Counted from the first letter of the stretch, positions 39,120 to 49,280 are shown. The stretch: DNA of 64,000 nucleotides from Cyanobacteriota bacterium (GCA_046045965.1 JBJOKS010000009.1:64001-128000), one strand, 5' to 3'. Notes: generated by a model not told the origin, from the letters alone. Made by a program: numbers and translations.

Positions 39120-41279
39120 ATGTTGAACATTTCTCAACTACTAGCAACTGAACTAGAACTTAAACCCCATCAGGTGCAGAACGCACTGGAACTTTTGGCT
39201 GAAGGTGCAACAATTCCCTTTATTGCACGTTACCGCAAAGAACGCACTAACGAGATGAATGAAGTGCAGTTGCGAGATTTATCTGACAGGTATACATATT
39301 TAACAGAATTAGAAGAAAGAAAGCAGGTAATTTTAAATGCGATCGCCCAACAAGATAAACTCACAGATGAACTACAAAATAAAATTGCCTCCTGTCTGCA
39401 AAAAACAGAACTTGAGGATTTATATCTACCATATAAACCAAAACGTCGTACCCGTGCAACTATCGCTAGAGAGAAAGGACTAGAACCTTTAGCAGCATTT
39501 ATTAAATCATTAAATGTGAAAAATGGTGTAGCATCTGACCTAGCAGCAGAAGCAGCGAAATATGTTTCTGAAGAAAAAGCTGTAAAAACCCCAGAGGAAG
39601 CATTAAAAGGCGCATCAGACATCTTAGCCGAAGAAGTTGCCGAAAAAGCAGAATTACGCGCCTATTTACGGGATTATTTATTAGCAGAAGGCTTGTTTAT
39701 TTCCCGCATTAAAGATGAACATCCCGAAGGTACAACCAAATTTGAAATGTACCGCAACTATCAAATCAAAGTTAAAAACATCGCTCCTCATAATATGTTA
39801 GCTTTGTGTCGGGGAGAAGCTGAGAAAATCTTAAACTTTGAAATTGGTTTTGATGAAGATTTTGTCCTTTCCTATTTAGAATCCCAAGAAATTAAAACCA
39901 AAGTTAGAAACATCAGAGATTTTTATCAAGGAATGTTAAAAGATGCTTTTAATCGATTGATGAAAACCTCTTTGATCAGTGAAGTAATTTCCGAAAAGAA
40001 AACTTATTCTGATATTGAATCCATCAAAACCTTTGAAACAAACTTGCGGGAATTATTGCTATCTGCACCTGCGGGAATGAAACCAACATTAGCAGTAGAT
40101 CCAGGTTTTAGAACTGGTTGTAAAGTTGCAGTTTTGGATCAAACAGGGCAATTTTTAGAATATCAAGCCGTATTTCCGCACCAAGCAGCAGAACAACGGA
40201 AAAAAGCAGCACAAACCATCAAAAACCTCATCGAAAAATACAAAATTGAATTAATAGCCATTGGTAACGGAACAGCATCCCGTGAAACAGATGAATTTGT
40301 CACAGAAGTATTAGCAAATTGCGAACGAAAACCAGTAAAAGTCATGGTCAATGAATCTGGTGCTTCCATATATTCAGCCAGCAAAGTTGCATTAGAAGAG
40401 TTTCCTGAATTAGATGTTACTGTCAGAGGTGCAATTAGCATCGGGAGAAGATTACAAGATCCCTTAGCGGAATTAGTAAAAATCGATCCCAAATCAATTG
40501 GTGTGGGACAATATCAACACGACGTAGATCAAAAATTGCTGAAAAAGAAACTTGATGAAACAGTAGAAAGTTGTGTTAACTATGTGGGAGTAGATTTAAA
40601 CACCGCTTCCAAAGAACTGCTGACATTTGTTTCAGGAATTACCCCCACAGTTGCTAACAACATTATCGCCTATCGCAACCAAAATGGTGCTTTCAAAAAT
40701 CGTAAACAACTCTTAAAAGTAGCGAAATTAGGACCCAAAGCCTTTGAACAAGCAGCAGGTTTTTTAAGAATTAGAGATGGAGAAAACCCCTTAGATAACA
40801 CCGCAGTTCACCCAGAAACTTACCCAATTATACAATCTATAGCGACTGATTTACAAGTACCATTAAATCAAGTTACACAAATAGCCGAAAAACTCAAAAA
40901 AACCAACATCAAAAAATACGTCACCGATACAATTGGTGAACCTACACTGCGCGACATTCTCAGCGAATTAGAAAAACCAGGAAGAGATCCCCGCGCAGAA
41001 TTTAAGTATGCGACATTTAAAGAGGGAATAAAAGAAATTAGAGATTTAACCGTAGGAATGGAACTAGAAGGAATTGTCACCAACGTTGCTAATTTCGGTG
41101 CATTTGTTGATATTGGTGTACATCAAGATGGCTTAGTTCATATTTCCCAACTAGCAGATAGATTTGTTGATGATCCTAATAAAATAGTCAAAGTTGGACA
41201 AGTTGTAAAAGTTCAAGTATTAGAAATCAACGAGAAATTAAAACGCATTGGCTTATCAATGAAAGCAGTTAAGCAATAG
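39120..41279 (+). CDS. tex: Tex family RNA-binding transcription accessory protein
   Basis: GATIPFIARYRKE, DPGFRTGCK, IGVGQYQHDV and a C-terminal S1 domain. Confidence 0.93.
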   Translation: MLNISQLLATELELKPHQVQNALELLAEGATIPFIARYRKERTNEMNEVQLRDLSDRYTYLTELEERKQVILNAIAQQDKLTDELQNKIASCLQKTELEDLYLPYKPKRRTRATIAREKGLEPLAAFIKSLNVKNGVASDLAAEAAKYVSEEKAVKTPEEALKGASDILAEEVAEKAELRAYLRDYLLAEGLFISRIKDEHPEGTTKFEMYRNYQIKVKNIAPHNMLALCRGEAEKILNFEIGFDEDFVLSYLESQEIKTKVRNIRDFYQGMLKDAFNRLMKTSLISEVISEKKTYSDIESIKTFETNLRELLLSAPAGMKPTLAVDPGFRTGCKVAVLDQTGQFLEYQAVFPHQAAEQRKKAAQTIKNLIEKYKIELIAIGNGTASRETDEFVTEVLANCERKPVKVMVNESGASIYSASKVALEEFPELDVTVRGAISIGRRLQDPLAELVKIDPKSIGVGQYQHDVDQKLLKKKLDETVESCVNYVGVDLNTASKELLTFVSGITPTVANNIIAYRNQNGAFKNRKQLLKVAKLGPKAFEQAAGFLRIRDGENPLDNTAVHPETYPIIQSIATDLQVPLNQVTQIAEKLKKTNIKKYVTDTIGEPTLRDILSELEKPGRDPRAEFKYATFKEGIKEIRDLTVGMELEGIVTNVANFGAFVDIGVHQDGLVHISQLADRFVDDPNKIVKVGQVVKVQVLEINEKLKRIGLSMKAVKQ

Positions 41280-41362
41280 AAGAAAAGCTCACGCAAAGAC
41301 GCAAAGAAAAGGAATTATCTCTGCGTCTCTGTGTGAAAAAAAATACACAACCCAAAATTGAT

Positions 41363-41689
41363 ATGACAGTTTATCAAGTTAGATTCATTAATGACAAACT
41401 AGGATTAGATCGAACAATTCAAATACCAGATGATCAATATATAATTGATATAGCAGAAGAAGCGGGTATTCGTTTACCATCAGGTTGTAAACAAGGAGAA
41501 TGTTCCGCTTGTGTCGCTAAACTTATTAGTGGTGAAATTGATCAAAGTGAGCAAAAATTTCTTCGTCCCCAGGAAATTGAAGCTGGTTATGTTGTTACTT
41601 GTGTAACATATCCCTTATCTGATTGTGTATTAGAAACCCACCAAGAACAACTTTTATATAAATCTTCTCTATATTATAAACCTGAATAA
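41363..41689 (+). CDS. plant-type 2Fe-2S ferredoxin
   Basis: CKQGECSAC...C motif; likely start MTVYQVRF at 41363. Confidence 0.9.
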   Translation: MTVYQVRFINDKLGLDRTIQIPDDQYIIDIAEEAGIRLPSGCKQGECSACVAKLISGEIDQSEQKFLRPQEIEAGYVVTCVTYPLSDCVLETHQEQLLYKSSLYYKPE

Positions 41690-41763
41690 CTAAAAAATAC
41701 TCCTTTTGATATACCTCAATCCCTATCTATTAATAGAGGTGAAAACTGCAATTTTATTTAAAT

Positions 41764-42180
41764 ATGGAGGTAGCAGTTACAGAGGTAAAAATAATGTGGG
41801 CGACATTTTTAACCGCACTCGCTACAGCATTAAGCTTGTTAATTGTTGATATCATTTTTCCGGGTGTTAGAATTGCCAATTTCCCCGCAGCTTTAATTGC
41901 AGGTTTAGTGATTGGTTTGATTAATGGTTCAGTGAAACCAATTATTTCCACCCTATCTTTACCATTGACTTATGTAACTTTAGGTGGATTTTCTTTAGTC
42001 GTGAATGGAATTTGTTTTTGGTTAGCATCAGTTTTAGTTCCTGGGTTTAGAGTACAGGGAATTATTGCTTTTATTCTCGCTCCAGTAGTCCTATCTTTGG
42101 CTAATACATTCATTAGCAAATACTTTGCAGAAAAGAATATGGGCTTACAAAGCAATACTAATGTTACCACTGAATCTTAA
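41764..42180 (+). CDS. YvlD/phage-holin-4 family membrane protein
   Basis: GLINGSVKP..LSLPL..TLGGFSLVVNG. Confidence 0.85.
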   Translation: MEVAVTEVKIMWATFLTALATALSLLIVDIIFPGVRIANFPAALIAGLVIGLINGSVKPIISTLSLPLTYVTLGGFSLVVNGICFWLASVLVPGFRVQGIIAFILAPVVLSLANTFISKYFAEKNMGLQSNTNVTTES

Positions 42181-42214
42181 ATCAATGTAATTTTGAAAGA
42201 ATAGCAAGAATATC

Positions 42215-42403
42215 ATGAAATTAACTCGTTTGCTGCTTGGTTTATTCTTACCTCCTGTGGGAGTATTTCTGACAGTTGGTGTTAGTCCAGCTTTGATCAT
42301 TAACATTTTGCTTACTCTTCTCGGTTGGCTTCCCGGTAGTATTCATGCACTTTGGGTAATTACTAAGCATGAAGAACAATTACATAGAGGGGAAGGGATT
42401 TAG
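42215..42403 (+). CDS. YqaE/Pmp3 family membrane protein
   Basis: FLPPVGV...INILLTLLGWLPGSIHALW. Confidence 0.9.
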   Translation: MKLTRLLLGLFLPPVGVFLTVGVSPALIINILLTLLGWLPGSIHALWVITKHEEQLHRGEGI

Positions 42404-42411
42404 AAAACTTC

Positions 42412-42436
42412 AATCCTTGTTGCATAGCAAGGATTT
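42412..42436. terminator. hairpin terminator between convergent Pmp3 and MazG genes
   Basis: AATCCTTG.TGCATAG.CAAGGATT followed by a T-rich run. Confidence 0.55.
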
Positions 42437-42500
42437 TATTTATTAATTTATTAATTTATTTATTTATTATTTATTCTAGCATTTTCACGGACAATTCCTA

Positions 42501-43409
42501 TTAAAAAACTTCCTTGCTGATTCCTATTTGATAGGTTATTAAACCTGCATCAAGATTAACAAATACCGTTCCTCCCCGATTTTTCTCTACCTGTCGCCAG
42601 ACATCATAACCCATTAAAATAGCCTTTTCCCAATCTCCTAGCGAACAACAAGAAACTTCTAAATGAGATGTCATATTTTTGATAGTCTTCAATAGTTGAT
42701 AATCTAATGTTGAAACACCTTCTAAAAAACCATGATCTTTAGCATAGCTAAATACAAGTGCTGATATACCTTCTTCAATAGCTACTGCACGACCTCCATC
42801 TTCAACTTCGTCAATAAGAGGATTACTTTTGCGCTTACGTTTAAGGATACTACGAGTAACTACAGACCAACCTAAAACTGCGGCATAGGCAAAATGAAAA
42901 ACATCATGAAAGCGGTAGCCATCACTTTTATAAGAATTATCAGTGAGGTCATTTCCTATCTGTTCTCCATTGATAAAAGCCTTCATTTTAACTGAATTAT
43001 CTTTACTTACCTCTGTAATTTCTACTTCAAACTGTCGTGGTAAACTTTCATGTTCAGGAAAGTCATTATCAAATATGTAACTTGTATTTTTATTATCTAG
43101 TTCTGTAGAATCTCTCCATCCCCAACGGTCATTACACTTTTTCAGATTATTTTCTGCAATTTCTTCTAAATTAAGGTTAAATTTACTGGCTATATTGGAA
43201 ATATACCAAAGCATATCTCCCAATTCTTCTGCAATTCCTTCTTTAAATAATTTGTGTGCTTCGCCATCGCGTAAATGTTTTTTATATTCTGTCATCAGTG
43301 AACCAACTTCACCAACTAAACCTAGTAGCGGTATGATTAATTCAGTACCTTCTACAGCAGGAATTTGATCTGTATTTAGGGCTTGTTTTTGATATTCAGA
43401 AAAATTCAT
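42501..43409 (-). CDS. MazG-like NTP pyrophosphohydrolase fused to a MazG_C domain
   Basis: GLVGEVGSL..EYKK...EELGDMLWY; C-terminal LTDN...DGYRFHDVFH...GWS...KRKS...DEVEDGGRA..IEEG. Confidence 0.85.
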   Translation of the reverse strand: MNFSEYQKQALNTDQIPAVEGTELIIPLLGLVGEVGSLMTEYKKHLRDGEAHKLFKEGIAEELGDMLWYISNIASKFNLNLEEIAENNLKKCNDRWGWRDSTELDNKNTSYIFDNDFPEHESLPRQFEVEITEVSKDNSVKMKAFINGEQIGNDLTDNSYKSDGYRFHDVFHFAYAAVLGWSVVTRSILKRKRKSNPLIDEVEDGGRAVAIEEGISALVFSYAKDHGFLEGVSTLDYQLLKTIKNMTSHLEVSCCSLGDWEKAILMGYDVWRQVEKNRGGTVFVNLDAGLITYQIGISKEVF

Positions 43410-43458
43410 AATCTAATTCCTTAAATATTTGATAATTTATTTTTTGGAAGTCCCATTT

Positions 43459-43968
43459 TTAGATAAAAAGCGTTCGTCCTGTAATAGGTTTACGGCGTGG
43501 TTTCGGGTGGCGTGGATGTCCATCTTTTGTTAAATCACTACTAATACCATCAACAAGACAGTAAAGTGTCTTGCAAGAAATTAGGCTTAACACTGCTTCA
43601 TTCCGTCTCATTATTTTAGGAAACTTACCTCCACCCCACGCCACAATAATTGATTCAGCGCGTTGTGCTGCTGATTGAATATAAAGATTATTTTTGGGTC
43701 CTACAGGATCGTCTTCGTCTAAAAGCTTTTCGCGTTTTGGAGTAATATAAGCGAATAAATTAACTACTTCAAGAGAACCATAATTCCATGACCTAGCCAA
43801 TTCAATACATTTAGTGATAGTGGGATCAGGTTTCTTATGATCAGCCGTACTTGGATTAAGCATTACAAAGGTAACTTGCGGCAAATTTTCATCCCATTTA
43901 CGCCGTAGTAAATAGCGATATTTTCTATTGTTTTTATCGTCGAACTTAGCATATCCTTTTATTTCCAT
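43459..43968 (-). CDS. DUF1643 family protein
   Basis: YRYLL.RKW, FVMLNPSTAD, D.TI.KC, NLFA, DPVG..N, IVAWG and TKDGHPRHP. Confidence 0.85.
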   Translation of the reverse strand: MEIKGYAKFDDKNNRKYRYLLRRKWDENLPQVTFVMLNPSTADHKKPDPTITKCIELARSWNYGSLEVVNLFAYITPKREKLLDEDDPVGPKNNLYIQSAAQRAESIIVAWGGGKFPKIMRRNEAVLSLISCKTLYCLVDGISSDLTKDGHPRHPKPRRKPITGRTLFI

Positions 43969-44013
43969 CTGTTTTACCCTGAATAAATGTTGATTTATTA
44001 ATAGTTGAAGACA

Positions 44014-45189
44014 CTAAAATAGACATAACTGTTGAGATTCTGCTGCGTCTGTATTTTGCAAAAGGCTTGATTTTTTTAGCGGAGTTTTTTGCCCATTTTT
44101 TTTATGTTGTTTTGATATACAATTCGGAATTTCAGAAGTTGTTTTTACCAGAGAATCTAATTCTAAAGATAACTGCTGACAATTATCTTGCAAATTAGGA
44201 ATTTCTACTGTTGGTAATCTCTGAGCTAAAGTTTCTTGAACTTTATCATTAATATCCCATTTAGGTGGATAAAAATAATCAATTGGTTGAGGAGTTGGAG
44301 AAAATTTAGCTTTTATCTTTTTGCGATTACTTTTTAAATCAGGAAATGCTGCTCTACAATACTTATCAGTTTCACAAAAAAGATTTTGACAGTCTATAGC
44401 TTGTAATGGACGACCCCAGAGAGATTGAAAATTTAACCCCAAACGTTGAAATTCATTTTCTTGATTTTCTGTCATCCAATGAATTACATCAGCATAATTT
44501 TTCCCCTGGGTATCAAGAAAACACTTATTAATACCGCGTTCTGCTCCTGGACCCGCTATAGTAAAACTGTTTTCATCAAAATTTATAACTTCACTATAGT
44601 TTATATCAGTCGCTAATTGGTAAGCCATAAACTTACCTAACAATGGATATCCTTCGATAATATGAAAAATCTCTTCCAAATTTTTAGCTTTGACTATGGG
44701 ACTAATTATCCTATCTTTGACAACCATTTTATCAATTAATGCCAAATGATTCTGGTGTTTTTTATCATAACCAAACTCTTTACTCGCACATGACATATAT
44801 GCACTTGTATAAATCACATATCCCAAATCCATAGCCTCTTGTAATATGTTGGAATATATGTCTAAATTAAAGTTAGATAGTGTAATATATTCGCCTATTT
44901 TTGTTTCTAAATATTCCCAAGTTTCTATTTTATTAAATATTTTAAATAGTAGGATTCTAAATAACACCTCTTCTTCGTTTTGGCTTCTATTATCATCATA
45001 AATTACATTTTTGATCAGATATTGAGAAACCCGATCACTGACTCGATAAGCATTACAAAATTTATAAGTATTAAGAATAGGATCACTCGTCCAAGGTGGT
45101 GGTACATTTTTAAGTTTGTTGAAAAAAACTTCTTGACGCATAGCAGCAAATCGCCAATAGGTATCAAAAATTTCTTGTCTTACTTGCAT
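44014..45189 (-). CDS. putative DNA base hypermodification protein (aGPT-Pplase1 / 5-hmdU DNA kinase helical-domain-like)
   Basis: YWRFAA.RQ..F, PPPWT.DPIL..YKFCNAYR.SDRVSQYLI, FKIFNKIETW, G.FMAYQLATDINYS, GPGA.RG and DCQNLFCETDKY; family recalled from memory. Confidence 0.75.
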   Translation of the reverse strand: MQVRQEIFDTYWRFAAMRQEVFFNKLKNVPPPWTSDPILNTYKFCNAYRVSDRVSQYLIKNVIYDDNRSQNEEEVLFRILLFKIFNKIETWEYLETKIGEYITLSNFNLDIYSNILQEAMDLGYVIYTSAYMSCASKEFGYDKKHQNHLALIDKMVVKDRIISPIVKAKNLEEIFHIIEGYPLLGKFMAYQLATDINYSEVINFDENSFTIAGPGAERGINKCFLDTQGKNYADVIHWMTENQENEFQRLGLNFQSLWGRPLQAIDCQNLFCETDKYCRAAFPDLKSNRKKIKAKFSPTPQPIDYFYPPKWDINDKVQETLAQRLPTVEIPNLQDNCQQLSLELDSLVKTTSEIPNCISKQHKKNGQKTPLKKSSLLQNTDAAESQQLCLF

Positions 45190-45273
45190 ATATTTTTCTC
45201 CTGGCTTCTTGTTATCAATTATGGGGTAATACAGTTTAGTTAAGCCTAAAAATCAACATTATCAAAATTTTAG

Positions 45274-45304
45274 TTGGGTTGCGTTTTCGCTTAACCCAAC
45301 CTAC
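45274..45304. repeat. GTAG-type REP-like palindrome
   Basis: GTTGGGTT...AACCCAACCTAC; similar GTAG palindromes at about 11830, 32521 and 57339. Confidence 0.55.
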
Positions 45305-45386
45305 CATTTGTTAACTTAACTTTACGCAAAGACACAAAAAACACTTTGCGTCTTTGCGTCTTTGCGTGAGCTTACCTTACCTTAAA

Positions 45387-47357
45387 TTAATTCCCTTCCC
45401 GCAACTTATCCAAAACACTGCGATCCTCAAGAGTCGAAGTATCCCCTGACACCTCCTGACCCGCAGCCAAATTCCGCAACAAACGACGCATAATTTTACC
45501 CGATCGCGTTTTTGGCAAAGCATCAGTAAATCTAATCTCACCAGGACGTGCGATCGCACCTATTTCTTGAACAACGTGCTTCTTCAGTTCCTTACTCAAC
45601 TCATCACTCGGTTGAAAAGTCCCCTCTAAAGTCACAAAAGCTACAACTTCCTCACCTTTCAAATCATCAGGTTTACCCACCACAGCAGCCTCAGCAACCG
45701 CTGGATGAGACACCAAAGCAGATTCTACTTCCATTGTTCCCAAGCGGTGTCCAGAGACATTCAACACGTCATCAACACGCCCCATCACCCAAAAATAGCC
45801 ATCTTCATCCTTTCTCGCACCATCACCAGCAAAGTACGTATAATTACCATCTTTGGGGGGAATATGTTCCCAATAAGTGCGACGGAAACGCTCAGGATCA
45901 CCGTACACAGTCCGCATCATTCCCGGCCAAGGATAGCGTACCGCTAAATAACCACCTTCATTTTCGGGAACTGTGTTACCTTCTAAATCTACGATATCCG
46001 CAATAATACCGGGGAAAGGACGAGTTGCCGAACCGGGTTTAGTGGGAATTGCACCAGGTAGCGGTGTAATCATAATACCGCCTGTTTCCGTTTGCCACCA
46101 GGTATCAACGATAGGACAACGTTCACCACCAATGATTTTATGATACCACATCCATGCTTCGGGATTGATAGGTTCACCGACAGTTCCCAGTAACCGCAAA
46201 GAAGAAAGATTACGCGCATTGGGTAAATGTTCACCCATTTTAATAAAAGCACGGATGGCGGTAGGAGCAGTATAAAAAATCGTCACTCCATATTTTTCAA
46301 TCACATCCCAGAAACAACCAAGATTGGAAGCACGGGGCGCACCTTCATACATAACAGTAGTTGCACCATTGGAAAGAGGACCATAAACTATATAGCTATG
46401 TCCAGTAATCCAACCTACGTCAGCAGTACACCAATATACATCTGTGTCTTGAAGATCAAAAATCCATTTTGTGGTAATATGGCTGTATAGGTTATAACCG
46501 CCTGTGGTGTGTACTACGCCCTTGGGTTTACCCGTACTCCCAGAGGTATAAAGCACAAATAGCATATCTTCGCTGTCCATTGGTTCAGCCGGACAGTCAG
46601 CGGATACACCTTGTTGTAAATCATGCCACCAGTGATCCCTTCCTGGTTCGATATGGGTTTTTTGACCGGTGCGTTTGACAACTAAGACATCTGTTACACT
46701 GGGTGCGGCGTTATCAGCTAAAGCTTTATCTACCTGTTCTTTTAGGGGTACAATTGCATCTTTACGCCAACCACCATCTGCTGTGACTACTACTTTAGCT
46801 TCTGCATCGTTCAAGCGATCGCGCAAAGCTTCAGCACTAAACCCACCAAACACAACGCTATGGGGAGCGCCTATTCTGGCACAAGCTAACATAGCAATGG
46901 CAGCTTCCGGTATCATGGGCATATAAATTCCCACGCGATCGCCCTTTTTCACACCCAACTGTTTGAGAACATTAGCAAACTGACATACTTCTCGATGCAA
47001 TTGGGCATAAGTTAGCGTGCGAGAATCACCCGGTTCACCTTCCCAAATTAAAGCCGCTTTGTTTTTACGCCAAGTCGTTAAATGTCTGTCAAGACAGTTG
47101 TAAGAAATATTAATCTTGCCATTAACAAACCACTTCGCAAAAGGAGGTTGCCAATCTAGCACAGTATCCCATGTTTCAAACCAATGTAACTCAGTTTCGG
47201 CTAAATCCGCCCAAAATTTCTCAGGGTCAGCTTTTGCGGTATCATAAAGATGCTGATATTCTTCCAGACTTTTGATATTAGCCTGTTGGGAAAAATGACT
47301 AGATGGATGAAAGAGACGGTTTTCCTGTAGGATGGATTCTATAGTTGGTTGAGACAT
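45387..47357 (-). CDS. acs: acetate--CoA ligase (acetyl-CoA synthetase)
   Basis: [20 protein letters not shown] and [12 protein letters not shown]; true start MSQPTIES at 47357 (track start is over-extended). Confidence 0.95.
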   Translation of the reverse strand: MSQPTIESILQENRLFHPSSHFSQQANIKSLEEYQHLYDTAKADPEKFWADLAETELHWFETWDTVLDWQPPFAKWFVNGKINISYNCLDRHLTTWRKNKAALIWEGEPGDSRTLTYAQLHREVCQFANVLKQLGVKKGDRVGIYMPMIPEAAIAMLACARIGAPHSVVFGGFSAEALRDRLNDAEAKVVVTADGGWRKDAIVPLKEQVDKALADNAAPSVTDVLVVKRTGQKTHIEPGRDHWWHDLQQGVSADCPAEPMDSEDMLFVLYTSGSTGKPKGVVHTTGGYNLYSHITTKWIFDLQDTDVYWCTADVGWITGHSYIVYGPLSNGATTVMYEGAPRASNLGCFWDVIEKYGVTIFYTAPTAIRAFIKMGEHLPNARNLSSLRLLGTVGEPINPEAWMWYHKIIGGERCPIVDTWWQTETGGIMITPLPGAIPTKPGSATRPFPGIIADIVDLEGNTVPENEGGYLAVRYPWPGMMRTVYGDPERFRRTYWEHIPPKDGNYTYFAGDGARKDEDGYFWVMGRVDDVLNVSGHRLGTMEVESALVSHPAVAEAAVVGKPDDLKGEEVVAFVTLEGTFQPSDELSKELKKHVVQEIGAIARPGEIRFTDALPKTRSGKIMRRLLRNLAAGQEVSGDTSTLEDRSVLDKLREGN

Positions 47358-47809
47358 GATCATGTATAAACGATATTGTGACTGAACACTATTGTTAACA
47401 GAGTTTTGACAAACATTGTCTAGATTTTCATTAAGCTCATTATAAATATCCGAGTTACCCGCTTGACAACAATGAAAGCAAGAATGAGCAGTTGAGGACA
47501 GATTAAAGCTGAAAAAAATATTAAGTATGATTGAGGAAATCAAAAACTGTACATCTTGTACCTTGCAACAAGGTAAGATAACAGTGAATTACTCAGTTAA
47601 TAGGTATTTTTCACCAACTAACTGGGTAAAAAACTGAGTAGTGAAATCCTCAAAGTTTGGCGATGACAACACTTGGGAGAAAATGTCAATGAAATCTCTT
47701 TTTAAAACCAAATTTTAACAATAAAGCATGATTCTTATACTCCTGTTCAAAGGTATAAATTGAAAACAAAATGTTTATTTAGTTTAGTTACTGAAAAGTA
47801 GGGTGTAGC

Positions 47810-48502
47810 TTGCAAGCAAAAGAAATCAAGGATAAACTAAAGTCATTGACAGAGAAAGCCTCAACGATAGATCCTCAGTTAGCCAAGAGATTAAATGAGA
47901 TCAATCGTTGGGTCAAATATACTCGTCCTGGTTCTCTGACTGCTAAACCTTATGTCCTTGGCTTTCTCCTAGAGGTAATTACGGACTCTACAATTTGGCT
48001 AATAATTCAATCATTACCTACCGAAGCAGCACGACAAGCAAAATTTGACCAAATGACAGCCAATGAAAGGTATTGGTATGGTTATTTATTTCCTAAGTGG
48101 ATCAACTCAACAGATGCCAAATTTTATATTTGGAAGAAAAAAATGATGGCAGGGGAGTTTAATCAGTTGGATGATGATATTATTAAATCAATAGCCCAAT
48201 ATATTGTTAGTCGTGATGGAAGTGTTTGGCAGCGTTATATTGCCGACCTTTCTATGGCAACAGATTTAATCGTCAGTAATCATCAACACAAACCCCTTTG
48301 TATTCAAGTTACCAGTGTTAGCAAAGAATTTCATGTCCAAAAATATGAAAAGTGGCAAAATGCCCTGCAAATGTGGGAAATAGAAAGAGGATTGTTCTTA
48401 AGTTACAATCCCGCCGAGAATGATTTTATCAACCAATTAGTAAATGTGGCGCTGTATAACAGTGATCATCTTGCCCAAGGAAAGTATGTCAACTTTTCCT
48501 GA
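47810..48502 (+). CDS. hypothetical protein, possible PD-(D/E)XK-like fold
   Basis: 230-aa ORF with TTG start; ADLSMATDLIV...LCIQVT. Confidence 0.6.
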   Translation: MQAKEIKDKLKSLTEKASTIDPQLAKRLNEINRWVKYTRPGSLTAKPYVLGFLLEVITDSTIWLIIQSLPTEAARQAKFDQMTANERYWYGYLFPKWINSTDAKFYIWKKKMMAGEFNQLDDDIIKSIAQYIVSRDGSVWQRYIADLSMATDLIVSNHQHKPLCIQVTSVSKEFHVQKYEKWQNALQMWEIERGLFLSYNPAENDFINQLVNVALYNSDHLAQGKYVNFS

Positions 48503-48568
48503 TATCACATTGTTGATATTGAACACCTGAGTCCTTGCCTACATCGTTACCTGCTTACGACAGCATTT

Positions 48569-48991
48569 ATGCTTAACCAAAAAGAAATGAACAGCATTAC
48601 TCAAGTAGATGAATTTGCTGAAATTTTAGCAGCAGCCCGCAGAATGCAACAAGACTGGCTAGAATATGGAGTAAATTATGTTCATCTTTATGTTGAAGAT
48701 GCGGATGGAGATTGGCTAGAAAAGTGGAATGATGATCAAATATTAGGTGATTCGTTATTAGATTCTATTAAAGAATTTTTGGTGAGTAATGATGATGTAG
48801 CAGTGAAAATCAGGCAGAATTTGAAAGATAGACCACTGTTTGATTTAGCAATAGATTTAGAAGAATGTTTGAGGATTTCTAGAGAAGATGCCAAAACATC
48901 TGCCCTGAGAGATATTTTAACTCGTCATCTTCATGTTGGTGATATTGATTTACTTGATTTAGCAAATAGTTTACTGGATAAATTGTTTTAA
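48569..48991 (+). CDS. acidic hypothetical protein
   Basis: 140-aa ORF co-oriented 66 bp downstream of the previous gene. Confidence 0.65.
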   Translation: MLNQKEMNSITQVDEFAEILAAARRMQQDWLEYGVNYVHLYVEDADGDWLEKWNDDQILGDSLLDSIKEFLVSNDDVAVKIRQNLKDRPLFDLAIDLEECLRISREDAKTSALRDILTRHLHVGDIDLLDLANSLLDKLF

Positions 48992-49280
48992 TATCCTAAC
49001 TGATAAATTCCCATAATGTAGAAATGTTGTATGACGAGGCAGCTGCATATTTAATGGAAAAGCATTACTTAGCTTCATTATTGCTGTCTCCATACTTCAC
49101 TTTCTTCTCACTCATCCCGCAGTAGCTTTTAGCAATTCCTGATCAATATGATGCTGTATTTTAATTGATTGAGTTTATTAGTGAAAAATGCTGAAAATCA
49201 GTTATCAAATGAAAAAAGTGAAACTTTAGATAGATTAATATCACAGATTGATCAAATAAAAATCTAGTGAAAATCTTATT

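Noticed and set aside
39230..41083. Antisense ORFs within tex (and similar ones in acs, speA, argB and the WD40/TPR genes)
   Set aside because: Shadow frames of well-supported genes with no independent motifs.
41764..42180. Prophage (holin annotation)
   Set aside because: YvlD-type membrane proteins are common chromosomal genes; no phage structural, lysin or integrase genes are nearby.
39350..45549. HIP1 depletion as proof of horizontal acquisition of the MazG cassette
   Set aside because: The gap also covers native genes such as tex, and multi-kb gaps occur elsewhere, so it is only weak support.
47358..47543. N-terminal extension of acetyl-CoA synthetase in the ORF track
   Set aside because: The conserved cyanobacterial Acs N-terminus begins at MSQPTIES (47357); the extension is low-quality sequence from a TTG start.
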